Shown: positions 9,302 through 21,064 of the stretch, piece by piece | How the letters are laid out: every line of letters starts with the position of its first letter | How positions within the stretch are numbered: position 1 is the stretch's first letter | Origin: Carcharhinus longimanus | Lineage: Eukaryota | Assembly (NCBI GenBank): GCA_030264375.1 | Contig: JASCQW010000166.1 | Coordinates: forward strand, 15,344,512-15,408,511 | DNA length: 64,000 bases | Direction: 5' to 3' | Notes under the pieces: model-generated | What the model saw: the letters and a program-made list of their open reading frames with translations, nothing else | The model's database searches: none | What the model was told of the DNA's origin: nothing | Position numbers and translations under genes: made by a program

Positions 9302-10265
9302 GAACTCCCACCTCATCTCATTTGCCAGCATTTGGCCCATAGCCTTGAATTCTATGATGTGCCAAGTGCTCATCCAGGTGCTTGTTAAAGGATGTCAGGC
9401 AACTCACCTCCAACACCCTCCCAGGCAGCATCTATAAAAAATTTTTCCTCACATCTCCCTCAGCTTCCTGCTCCTCACCTTGAACTTATGTCCCTTGTGA
9501 CTGACCCTTCAACTAAAGAGAATAGTTGCTTCTTATCCACTCTGTCCATGTCTCTCATAATCTTGTACGCCTCAGTCAGGTCGCCCAGTAACCCTGAATT
9601 TATCTTCTTTACAATTCTCCCATGTGGGACCTTATGAAAAGCTTTGCTGAAATCCATATAAATTGCATCGATTGCACTACTCATGCCGAACAATTTTATC
9701 CAATTTGTTAGGCATGACTTCGCTCTGACAAAGCCATGCTGACTATCCCTGATCAAGCTTTGCCTTGCCAAGTGGAAATAGGTGCTCTCCTTCAGAAGTT
9801 TCTCCAATAGTTTCCCTATTACTGAGGTGAGATTCACTGGTTTGTAGTTCCCTGGTTTATCTCCATAACCCTTGTCAAATAGTGGAATTCATTAGCTGTT
9901 CTCCAGTTGTCTGGCACCTCCCCTGTGGCCAAAGAGGAATTGGAAATTTGGGTCAGGGCCTCTGAGGTCTACTCCCTTGCCTCCCTCAGTAGCTGAGGGC
10001 ACAATTCATCTGGAGATTTATCCACTTTGAGACTCCCAGCACTCCCAATACCTTGTCCTTCTCTATGTCAGTTTGCTCAAGAGTCTTACAGTCTTTCTGT
10101 CTGAATTCCATACCCTCGTCCTCATTCTCTTGAATGAAGGTGGATGTGAAATATTCATTTAGCACTCTACCAATGTCCTCTGGCTTCACCCACATCTTGC
10201 CCCTTTGTCCCTAATGGGCCAAACTCTTTCCCTGGTTATCCTGTTCCCATTGATATATTTATAGA
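9302..10265 (-). mobile_element. CR1 LINE fragment (linker + RT N-half + 3' end) with internal deletion
   Basis: ORFs 9475-9837 (LTSVIGKLLEK, SQHGFVRAKSCLTN, IYMDFSKAFHKVPHGR, GDLTEAYKIM) and 9986-10195 (IGRVLNEYFTSTF); 3'UTR nearly identical to 4458-4580. Confidence 0.9.
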
Positions 10266-10995
10266 ATGAATTTGAAAGATTGAATGTGGTTTGCAAAACT
10301 GGAAACTTGTGAAAATATTGTTGAAGAAATTGACCCAGACTGATGGAATCAGATGCTTTGAAATCTTGTGGAATTTGTTTGTGTTTATTATATGGGTTCC
10401 AGCAATTGATTGTCAGGAGCAAACAGTGAGGATGTCACCTAGCCATTTGGTATTAACCTGAGGATTCACAAGTATGAAATAAAAGGAAAAGCAGTGGACT
10501 TAAGGGGTAAGTGCCTCAGATGTGCTGAAAGAAGGGAGAATTGTTGAGTTGAACTGTTTTATAGTCTAGAGATCTTGTTAGGAATTCATTTAAGTTGTGT
10601 GGCAAATATTCATTTCAAAATGTTGGGAATGGAGGGTAATATTCCTTGAAGTTCAAAAAGGGGAAGGATAGAAAGGCAAAGAGAGGAGCATTTAAAGGAG
10701 TTTTTGTATATATGGAAGCAGTATTCAAATTTTTGTAGAATTCAACGTTGTTGAGATGAGAGTGAGGAAAGTAAGATTTTTGGAACTTTGGAAGTGGATA
10801 ATGGGAAATCCAGTGAAATTTAGAGGATTGGGCAAAGAGTATCAACAGAAGCAGAATGAAGGTTGCAGTAATCCAAAGTAAGTGATTGTAGTTCTATTCT
10901 TAAGAAATGTAACAAAAATTGTCATTGGAAGGATTATAAGAAGCAAGATTTTTACTGTCCCACTTTATGAAGTCCTATGTTTGCGCTCAGTCAAG

Positions 10996-11244
10996 CATAG
11001 AACCAGAGAGCCCTTCGGCCCATCAAGTCTGCACCGAACACAATCCCACCCAGGCTCTACCCCTATATCCCTACATATACCCACTAATTTCTCTAACCTA
11101 CGCATCTCTGGACACGAAGGTGCAATTTCTTCCAATGGCCAATCAACCTAACCTGCACATCTTTGGACTGTGGGAGGAAACCAGAGTACCCGGAGGAAAC
11201 CCACACAGACACGAGGAGAATGTGCAAATTCCACACAGACAGTG
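10996..11244 (-). mobile_element. HE1-type V-SINE, 5'-truncated
   Basis: ggccaatcaacctaacctgcacatctttggactgtgggaggaaaccagagtacccggaggaaacccacacagacacgaggagaatgtgcaaattccacacagac (V domain) plus CR1-type tail. Confidence 0.9.
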
Positions 11245-11258
11245 TGTCCACACAGACA

Positions 11259-11632
11259 AAATCAAGCAGTGTCTTGATTTTAAAATTTTCATCCTTGTTT
11301 TCAATTCCCTCCATGTCTTTGCCCCTCCCTACCTCTGTCATTTTTTTGCAGCCTCAGAATCTTCCAAGATAGCTGCGCTCCTCTTGACAACTCCCAATTT
11401 TAATTGCCGCACTCTTGGTGGCTGTGCTTACAGTTGCCTGGCCCCAACCTGTGGAATTCCTGCCCTGTACCTCTCAGCCTCTCCATTTCGTCATTCCTTC
11501 TTGAAGACACTCCTTTCTCCTTTAAGACCTATCTCTTTGACCAAAATTATCATCTGATCTAATGTCGTTATGTGATTCAATGTTTTGAGATTTTTTTTCT
11601 GTTTAAGATGTTTATAAGTATACGTTGTTGTT
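11259..11632 (+). mobile_element. L2 LINE 3' fragment
   Basis: IKQCLDFKIFILVFNSLHVFAPPYLC...GGCAYSCLAP...WNS...FKTYLFDQ (L2 ORF2 C-terminus); tail ...tataagtatacgttgttgtt. Confidence 0.85.
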
Positions 11633-12682
11633 AATTATCTAATAATTCATCATCATAAGAGACTGATGCTTGTGGCCACTGAGGGTCAACAGACTTAAAG
11701 AAGTTGTGAATGCAAAGTGGAATGATTAGTAAATGAATAAACACTGGTAAATGGAAGAGGTTATTCATGTGAGGGAAGAACAGAAATAACAGCATGGGGA
11801 AATAGGGGGAAAAAAAGAGGATTGGAGAATGAGCCGTCAACAGTAGCGTACAGGTAGAACAATTTGAGAGGAATCTGGCTAGTATAGACACAGCTTGATT
11901 TTTCAAAGTGCCAGACTCTTGTCAAATGTGTTGGAGCTGAAAACACGCATGATTCACTGCTGTGTTCCAAGGGTCATAACAATGAGCCAAAAAGGTCAGC
12001 TTCCTCTTTAGGAGAGCAAGTAATTGCACTATTAGGGTGGAGGAGGAATGTCAAGGATTCACAACAGTCAGGAGAGATTGATAAGGTCCTGCAAGTTAAT
12101 GCTGAAGCAGCAGGAAGGCAATATTTGATGCTTCTCTTCATGTTGAATCTGTAAAGCAGTTCGAAGATCAAATTTACAGAAATTGCTGCAGGGTGCCATA
12201 TCCTGAGCAAATCACTAGTTGTCATGGGCATGATTTTACATTCAGCTATGCTATTTCCACTTAAAATTTGCAAGTTGAAGGTGGAGTTGGAAATAACTGT
12301 TCACATGTTTGGAAGCTGCAGTGGCCCAGTGAATGCAGGAGGTGAGTGAGATTGGAGATGATTGGGTAGTTGCCATTCTGTTATACTCCAGGTGTGCAAA
12401 ATCATCTGCAGCGATACACGTGCCAACTTTGATATGAATTTCAAGCCTTGAGTATAAATGGGACCTTTTGGTTTTATTCAGCCCAGGGTAGATATTAGAG
12501 TGCAACTTTAGAGATGTGCCAGTTACAAAGCGTCGAAATGCAACAGGCTTTCAAGAAACTTCTTTTTGTTCAGTAGAGGCAGTACGTTGAGTGTTTATAG
12601 ACAGTGGTCAGCAGTGAGATATTGTCAGTATCTCTGCTTGCCATACAGATGTTAACACCAACCAAAGTGCCTTGCGGGGTTG

Positions 12683-12683
<1 letters not shown>

Positions 12684-12713
<30 letters not shown>
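12684..12713. repeat. (TG)~15 microsatellite
   Basis: Direct read of the tgtgtg run. Confidence 0.95.
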
Positions 12714-12715
<2 letters not shown>

Positions 12716-15700
12716 GCTGGTCAGCTGCACTTCTGAAGATATGTGATGCTGTTTCTAATCTTCCTAATCTCTTCTCTTTTAAGCTTGATGCAAAGGAGGA
12801 TTTATTTTTATATTGGGGAGTTTTTGCTGTAGCTGTTCCGATGACATGACTTAATATTCGGTCTTGGCATTGGTTCACATTGCCTGTTCTCTCTGCCGCC
12901 CCCTCCCCTTAGGAGGTTGCAAGTTTTCATTAATATGTAGTCAGTTGTTCTTTCTCTGTGCTGACACTACGGTGCCTATTGACATTTATAAAGGCAGAAA
13001 ACATGTTGCTGTTGCTAATTTTTCTGAGCAATGAGTGTTTGGTTCTGTTTTAATTGAATGAGAGTTGATGTAAAGTCCTAAGCTGTGCTATTGCCTTCTG
13101 CTTGGGACATGCTGATGTAAAGTTACCTTCAATATTTCAGTTGTGCGCCATNNNNNNNNNNNCCTTCAATATTTCCGTTGTGCGCCATATTCAAGATCAT
13201 GTGACAGATAAGGTGTGATAATGCATACAGGCAATATGTATTAATGTACCACGCCATTATAAACTTAGCGGGAAATTGTAATCATTAAAAGGGACATGTT
13301 CTGCTTGTCAGGGGTGAGCGAGTATTCCACTGGTCTTCATGGATGCCCACTGATGAATTGAATGTAAACAAAGTTCCGTTTTGCCAGGTAAATGTGAGTG
13401 ACAAAGTTGCAGAGGCGAGCAAGGGAAAGTAACTATTAAAACTTGATCAATTCAGGAGAAATTGCTGTGGTGTGACATTGTTTAAGGTGAAAAATCTGAC
13501 TGCCAACGTGAAACAGGAATCAGTGACCATGTACTGATTTGCCTTCAGTGCTGGAAAAAAAAGACCTGGTGTATTGGAATCCAATCATCAGATGTTGTAT
13601 TTGATGGTAGTTACAGTGGCTACATTAGTTTGCATCGTGTTGTGACATGGAATGTTGTCCCCTAGTTGCAGTTGCTTTTTCTGATGACACTCTGAATCAT
13701 AATGAAAAAGACTTTGGTGGTATCACACACTCCTCTGTAACCAAGAGGGAAGAGAACCCGTACTGAAACCATTCGGCGTTAGAATTTTTTTGTAAACCAG
13801 TGATTGGTGCTCCAGTAGTACAGGTATGAGTCAACTTCAAGTTTGGACTGTTTGTTTGTGGGAGATAGCTCCTGGTTTATCCAACAAATGTGGCTGTAAA
13901 TGATGGAGTTTTGCATCAATCCTGTTACTTTTGAGTTGCCTCATGTTAGTTTGAGGCTCCATCTCTTGTCATTTGTTTCCATTGATGTTCTGAACCAGCC
14001 ATTCCAGGTGAGTTGCCCATCTGGGAAAGCACTTACTTTGCAGAGGACTGGGAAAATGCAAAACCTTCAATTGAATTTTGACGACAAAACTGCACAGCCC
14101 AGTGAAATGAGATTAAGGTACCAGTTACCTGTAGCTGAAGAAGGGTGAGAAAGAATGTAGAGCAAGCTGGAGGAATATGATGAATGAGTGAATAACAGAC
14201 CCAATATGGTTAGACAATTCTTCTATATCGAGAAAAGAACTTATGATAAACTTGAAAGGCTTTTATCTCAAAGTTAGAAAATGTCCAATGAATAACAGGT
14301 TGTAAATCTTTTATCCTTGTTATGTAAGTTCCGTGCGCAGAAGTAGTTTGATTTTGTGACAATCCCGAATTCTGATAAATTTGCTCATTTAATAAGAACT
14401 GGGGAAAAAAATGACTTGTTCTAAGTTGGACATATATTTGGATGAAAAGTAAAAGAGTGAAATATATAAGATTACTGTTGTCTTGAATTTATATATTGTT
14501 TTGTTTTGAATTTAAGTTGTTCCAGAGAATACATTGTGAGCCGTGGTAAACCATTGTGAATATTAATGGTCACTGCTCACTGACGGTAATAGATTTGAGG
14601 AATTAAGAATATCGTAGAAGTACATTACTTCATCTTTGAGTGATGTTTTCTCTCTTTGCACCAATATGCATTAGGCATGATGATAATGCTAGTTATAATT
14701 AAGATTTACATTGGAGTGAGGGTGAATGGACCAAGAGGAAGCTCCTTTTGGATTGGTATTTGGACAGATTCAGGACTTCTTAATATTAAAAGAAAAGGAA
14801 AATAGGTGTTCCCTCCCACTGTCAAGGCTGCTCACCTTTACTTTCCAGTTTATCTCCCTAAGTGTTGTTGATACCATTCCATGCTGGGCTCACAGCAAGA
14901 TTGCAATTGGAGCTTATTAATTGAGTAGATTTAATTGGTCTGACTGAGAACCTATGAAGACTGGAGAGATAAATCTGGTTGGATGAAAGACCTTTCCCCT
15001 GCTCCTGCTTGGACAGGCTTAAACTGTGGTCAACTTACAGGCTGACAAAATCAAACAGAAAATTATGCACGTGCCTTATATTGTACCCGGTGAGAGAGAG
15101 ATAAATGCTCAGGAGGTAGCAGGGTTTTTCTGAGACCGAGGGAAGCCCTTATTTGATGTGGCAAATAGATTTGAAAGTGAGTTCTGCGTGATCCAAAGTT
15201 CACAATAGTATGTTGATCAATGTTTGCATTTGGTACATGAATGGAGAAGATCGCTTTGTTGCTTTTGACTGATGAAGGTGAAACGGAAATGTATCCAGAG
15301 TTTATGGTGGGCCATTTGAATTTGGTTATAAGGATCGTAAAATATGTTTGACAGATTGTAAGCTTGCCAGGCTCTTCATTTTGGTTATGGAAAGAGTTGA
15401 CTAAACCTCGGGCAAGTTTTACTGATTGAGAGCAGGAGTATGAACAGGCAGAGAATAATTGTAATGAGCCAAGCTGGTCAGTGCATTGGTGCACTGATTG
15501 GCAGAATGTGGCTGACTTCCCCATCTCGGTGACCAAGCAGAGGTGGGGTACTTTCCCCACCAAAATCAATGACATTAAGAGGCTTTCATGCACTAATGAA
15601 CATTTTACATTGTCAGAGATTCAGTATCAAGTAGTTTGCCACACTTGAGTTATCGGCATGCACTTGCAATTGAGATGCACTGAACCTAAAAGAGGGTAAA

Positions 15701-15784
15701 GTGTTGGAAAGCCATAAATGAAGCACTTCGGTCCTCAGATATCTTTTGTAAATGCAGAAATTGTAGATTTATAATTAAAAATTC

Positions 15785-16185
15785 TGCTTTTCTGTAGTGC
15801 TTTTCACAACCTCAGGACGTTCCAAAGCACTTCACAGCCAATTAATTACATTTGAAATGTAATCTCTCTTGCAGTGTGCTAAATGTGGCATCCAATTTGT
15901 ACGCAGTAATGAACCACAAGCAGCATCATGACATGGACCAGATTAATTGTTTATTGATGCAACAGTTAATACACTTCAAAAGTACTTCACTGGTTGTAAA
16001 ACACTTCGGGATGTCCTGAAGTCATGAAAGTTGCCGTATAAATCCTGGTTGTTTTTTTATTGAGGGGTGAATATTGGTCGGGACAATTGGGAGAAGTATC
16101 CCTACTCTGTTCAACAGTAGCCTGGGATCTTCCCGGTACCTGAGAAGGCAAACTGGACCTTGATTTAATATCTCCTCCCAAAGCA
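15785..16185 (-). mobile_element. DeuSINE (antisense) containing a sense-orientation 3' fragment of the same family (about 15957-16058)
   Basis: gcttttcacaacctcaggacgttccaaagcacttcacagccaat (tail, antisense); acacttcaaaagtacttcactggttgtaaaacacttcgggatgtcctgaagtcatgaaag (tail, sense); antisense Deu domain resumes at 16059. Confidence 0.75.
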
Positions 16186-16421
16186 ATAAATAACCCAAGC
16201 AATCTGGTCCTCCCAGTTATAATCATTTAATGCTTTGAATAAAATCTAAACATGTATTAAGAAAGATGAAGGAGACTGAGTTAATTTAGTTGGGTGAAGT
16301 GAAAAGCATTGCTAATCATATCCATGATGTTCAGTTTGAACAACCAACACACTTCTTTCCTGTTGGCTTGTTGAGAAGAAGTGATTGAGGTTGTAAAGGT
16401 GGGTTCCACTGACATTTGATT

Positions 16422-16680
16422 ATAGAATAGTGTAGGACAGAAGGGGACCGTTTAACCTGCTGAATTTGTTCTGGTTCTTATGAAAAGTTCTCTTTCCTAA
16501 CTTTTTATCAATATTCCTGCAACTTTTTTTACTCTTTGAAGTATTTAATCAATTCTTTTGATGGCTAATGTTGAAACTGTATCCTTCACCCGATCAGGCA
16601 GCAGATTCCAAATCCATATCATTCAGTGCATAAAAGAGTTTCTCCTTGTCATCTCGTTTTTCCTTTGCCACTCACCTTAA
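16422..16680 (-). mobile_element. CR1 3' end, decayed
   Basis: caggcagcagattccaaatccata...taaaagagtttctcc...accttaa, antisense CR1 C-terminus and UTR. Confidence 0.6.
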
Positions 16681-17865
16681 GTTTGTAGACTGTGAGAAGG
16701 CATTTGAGATCATTGATCAACACACGCTGTGGAAGTTGATGGTGAGATACAGCATCAAGGGGAAAATAATCCCCCTCGTGAAGCACACCTACGTTGAGTT
16801 TCGCACAGAGCAACCTTCTTTGAATTCCATGTGCAAACTGGTGTGAGAACTGGCAGCACAGTGGTTAGCACTGCTGTCTCACAGTGGCAGGGACCCGGAT
16901 TCAGTTCCAGCCTCAGGTGACTGTGCCGAATTTGCACATTCTCTTCATGTCTGCATGGGTTTCCTCTGCGTGCTCTGGTTTCCTCCCACAGTTCAAAGGN
17001 NNNNNNNNNNNNNNNNNNNNNNNNNNNNNNNNNNNNNNNNNNNNNNNNNNNNNNNNNNNNNNNNNNNNNNNNNNNNNNNNNNNNNNNNNNNNNNNNNNNA
17101 CATTCTCTTCATGTCTGCATGGGTTTCCTCTGTGTGCTCTGGTTTCCTCCCACAGTTCAAAGGTATGTGGGTTAGGTTGGTTGGCTGTGGTAAATTGCAC
17201 CATAATGTAAGGGTGAATAGCAGGGTAAATATGTGGGGTTGAGGAGATAGGGCCTGAGTGGGATTGTGGTCAGTGCAGACTTAATGGGCCGAATGGCTTC
17301 CTTCTGCACTGTTGGGATTCTATGATTCTGTTCTATAAAAAGTCTGTTTGATGTCACCATTCCTATTTTTTTCTCAATTGTTTTGATTTTGAGACAAAAC
17401 ATCAGACAGAAGAAATGGCATACAATGGATCCTCACAGAACAGCTGGAAGATTTAGACTTCGCGGATTATTTTGCTTTATTATCACACAACCACACACAG
17501 ATGCAAGATATAACTTATTACTTGATGCAAGTATAAGCCAAAGGTAGCCTCAACATCAGTATAGAGAAAACAAAGATACTGCGGAAAACATCAGAGGTAA
17601 CAACTTGATTAAGATAAGGGCAGACTGGTTGAAGTCATGACTTTTACCTATTTGGCTGGTGTTGCAAGTACGACTGATGGGACTGACGAGAATGTAAAGA
17701 TCATGGGAAGGCAGGAGCAGCACTCATCACCCCCAACACCTGGCAATCAAGAGAAATCATCAGTGCCACAAAACTAAAGATCTTCAATGTCAATGTAAAG
17801 TCTATTCTCCTTTATGGCTCCAAAACCTGGAGGACCATCAGAACAAAATCAATCAAAATCCAATA
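16681..17865 (+). mobile_element. RTE-clade LINE RT fragment, split by a V-SINE
   Basis: FVDCEKAFEIIDQHTLWKLM...FHVQTGVR, then LMSPFLF, RNGIQWILTEQLEDLDFADYFALLSHNHTQMQ, FTYL, TKLKIFNVNVKSILLYGSKTWR. Confidence 0.85.
16852..17330 (+). mobile_element. HE1-type V-SINE, full length (spans an N-gap with duplicated overlap)
   Basis: ggcagcacagtggttagcactgctgtctcacag (tRNA head, A box), gggacccggattcagttcc (B box), V domain, tail gggattctatgattct. Confidence 0.9.
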
Positions 17866-17869
17866 CCCC

Positions 17870-18260
17870 CCATCCCCTGTATGGACTGGCCAAGCAGGTT
17901 GAGACACTACTCATTTGAACTTAAAAAAATGAGAGGTCATCTCATTGAAACATATATGATTCTTAAAGGGCTTCACAGGGTAAATGCTGTCAGGATGTCC
18001 CCACTTATGGGAGAATCTAGGATCAGAGGGCATAGTCTCAGAATAAAGGGGTACCAATTTAAGACAAATGAGGATGAATTTCTTCTTCGAGGGTTGTAAG
18101 TCTTGAGATCTCCTTGCTACAGAGCGCTGTGGGACAGAGTCATTGTTTATATTTAAAGCTGAGATAGTTTTTTTGATAAATCAGGGAATTGAGTTACGTG
18201 GAAGGGGCAGGAAAGTGGGGTGAGTAATGTTGGACCAGCTGCGATCCTGTTGAATGACAG
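17870..18260 (+). mobile_element. CR1 3' fragment
   Basis: LKKMRGHLIETYMILKGLHRVNAVRMSPLMGESRIRGHSLRIKG. Confidence 0.85.
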
Positions 18261-18859
18261 ACCTAACTGGTCCTTAAAAACTGCTGAGAGTTACTCAGGA
18301 TTAACAAATAACCCCTTTGTCACCGTCTCTCCCAAGTCACTGACCGTTCTGAATCGCCGCTTCTGTTCTGAACCCTCTTTCTCACCTCCTCTCCCACATA
18401 GAGCTGATGCAGTAAATCCCACATATCTGCTTGGATAGCATCAATCAAGTTCCATTAAAGGAATAATTAAGTCAAATTATGCCTCAGAAGAAAATATTGG
18501 TGCCCACACTGTGTGTCAAAGTGCTCATGCACTAAGTTTCTCAAATGGTAGCTCCTTTTCTCCTACTTCTGGAATGCATTTTTGTCACGCACTGTAACTG
18601 GGGGAGCTGCCAGCCAATTACCTATAGCTTTACGCCAGCCACATCGAACGAGATCAAGTACCAATGGAAATTGTGCTTTACAAAGCATCACTGGACAGAG
18701 CCAATGTACATGTGTGGCATTAATAACCAAGTGTGTAGCATTTGATAGACTAATGTGCAGCCACGCAGGCTGTGTGCACAATGGCATCTCAGAGTTCAAA
18801 TGAACCAATTCCTTGAAGTCAAGGACACAAAAGAAACATACCAAGCACTCGGTTTTATT

Positions 18860-19375
18860 TCTGAAGGAATAGAATTGTAAAGTATGGTAGACTTGTATCA
18901 GACCTTGGTGACACCACCCTGAGCTGGTCATTTATATTATAGAAAGGATAGACAGGTATTGGAGAGGACGCTTAGAGGATTATAAGATGAGCTCAGAAAT
19001 ATGTCAGGGAAGAATTGATAGCCTACGTCTCTTGTCTTTTGAAAAATGGTGGCTGAAGTGGTGAGAAGTCTTTGAGCAAATGTTTCCGTGGAAAAGTGCA
19101 TGATGAGAGACAGTCAATATAAAGTAGTCAACTAGAATTCCAAAAGGGAATGCAGGAGAATAGTAGGGAGCAATAGATACCACTTCACCAAAGTGTGACG
19201 AAAATGTGGAACTTGGTACCTCGGAGTGAATATGAGTGAGAAGGGAGTAGCATTTACTCTAGCACAATATAGATGATTTTAGATGTGAAAGATGAGAGAA
19301 CGCTGGACTGAAGCATAAACACCAGTGTGGACCAGGTGGGCAGAATGGCATGTTCCTGTGCCATATATTCCAAGT
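18860..19375 (+). mobile_element. CR1 3' fragment, decayed
   Basis: ggaatagaattgtaaag...ttgtatcagaccttggt...tatagaaaggatagacaggtattggagagg...gggcagaatggcatgttcctgtgc. Confidence 0.65.
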
Positions 19376-20715
19376 AATCCTGTTATGCTTTGTGGTTGCC
19401 TTTGGCTTGAGCACTGGCAGCATGTCTATATATAATTAGGAATAAATGTGAGATTGTATCCTCTCTCACTTCAGCTGGGAAGATATAGTAAACATGCAAG
19501 CATTCAGGTAAGGTGTGTTGATTTGAATTTGGCAGACCAGTGATTTTATATTGTGAACCATTGGCTTTTTTGAAATCCTGTGTTTCCTGTCCAGTGGCTG
19601 CAAACACCTTTGACTTTCGTTAAGATTTCCTGATTCTGAAACATTATCTTTCGGGTTGTACGTTTCTATTTCCAGCCAACTTCATGGTGGTCTGTGATGT
19701 ATTTTTTTCACTCCGAATCTCTACTTGTGAGGCCAACAGTAATTTGCATCACACTTGAGGGAATAAACCTTGCAAAAACCCAAACAGCCCTCAAGAACTC
19801 TTGTCAATTGCTGACAGTGTTTGGTCTGAGTATTGTGTTTGATGCACCTATTTAATTAAGACTGATGTTATTTTTTCCTCTTCCTTCTGAGACTTGAAAG
19901 GGCTTTGTTATGTGATAGAGGTTCATAACAACCATAATGTTTCCTTTGCAGGAATTCAGGCGTGCTTTGATCATTGTGACTTTTAACTTGTTATTACTCT
20001 GGAAGAGAAAAGGAAGTTGTGCCCACCTGTCTGGGGCTCATTTCTTTTGGAGGCAGACTCTTGTTTCGTCCCGTGGAGGAATTGGAAGTTAGACAAGGTT
20101 ATAGCCACTATATGAAATCAAACCAAAGTCAAAACAATCCATTGTATAGATTAGAGTTCCAGAGGACAAATATTTTTTGCCCACTAATGACAAAGTTTTG
20201 GAAATCTTTATTAAAATACTAGTTTTAGCTTAGCGATTCACACTCATTTGTAGCAATGACTATTCACAGTTTAGTTTTGCTAACTTTGTGTGGTCTTGCA
20301 TCACTAAATTATGAGCTCACAGGTGAGGATCATAAAATGACATAATCATGTTTCTGCTGGCTCTTTGATATGTATTTCCATCAAGAATTTATGTAATTCT
20401 CCTTTAAAAGTTACTATTTGGGACATGCGTTTTGGGAATGTGCTTGAGATAATGCATTCCAGATTAGAACAACTCAGTGTTTTTTTTAAAACAAAATGTT
20501 CTCCTGTTGCTTCTGTTTCTTTTTCCAAGCACCTTAAAACTGTGTTCTTTGATTAGTTTTTAAAAAATCACCAGACCTTTCCGGTCCTTCATCAAAGAAC
20601 TCAATCAAGTGTTATGATTCCCGTGGCGACCACTAATGTGAAAGAATCTCACTTCCGAAAAGATCCCAACAGGAAATCAATGATGGAAGAAATCTCACTT
20701 TTTAAAACATGTTGT

Positions 20716-21064
20716 TACAGAATCCCTGTAGTGCAGCAGGAGGCCATTTAGCCCATTGAATTTGCACTGATTCACTCACTGAACCTTACCCAGGCTGCCT
20801 ACCTAGCCCTAACCCTGTAATCTTGCACACTGGCTAATTCCCCTAACCTACACATCTTTGGACACTAAAGGGCAATTTAGCATAGTTAAACCACCTAGCC
20901 TACACATCTTTGGATTGTGGGAGCAAACCAGAGCATCCGGAGGAAGCCCAAGCAGACACGGGGAAAACCTACAAATTCCACACAGTCAGCCAAGGCTGGA
21001 ATTGAACCCGGGTCCCTGGCGCGGTGAGGGAGCAGTGCTAACCACTGTGCCACCATGCTGTCCC
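20716..21064 (-). mobile_element. HE1-type V-SINE, full length
   Basis: ggaattgaacccgggtccctggcgcggtgagggagcagtgctaaccactgtgccaccatgctg (antisense tRNA head), V domain, CR1-type tail. Confidence 0.9.

Larger units (their letters stand above)
10270..12520 (-). mobile_element. Very old, heavily decayed LINE (CR1/L2/Jockey group), interrupted by a SINE and an L2
   Basis: Scattered minus-strand peptide traces: FLLHPNSAITCSPKEEADLFG (linker), TFDK/RVWH, RFLSN, ATVDGSFSNP (RT-like); purine-rich plus strand. Confidence 0.4.

Noticed and set aside
10967-11557. 196-aa ORF
   Set aside because: Chimeric read-through of an antisense HE1 SINE and an L2 fragment
13126-13188. 26-bp direct repeat flanking an N-run
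   Set aside because: Copies differ by one base and bracket a gap: unmerged haplotype overlap
15063-15593. 176-aa minus-strand ORF
   Set aside because: Non-ATG start, no motif or domain recognised, no splice context; probably chance or a decayed repeat
16852-16915. tRNA-like sequences in SINE heads (also near 21000, 36340, 41790, 42230, 58590)
   Set aside because: A/B boxes belong to tRNA-derived SINEs and continue into the V domain; not tRNA genes
16936-17165. Apparent internal duplication of the HE1 SINE
   Set aside because: The duplicated 60 bp flank a 100-N gap; assembly overlap artefact (similar at 57101-57219)
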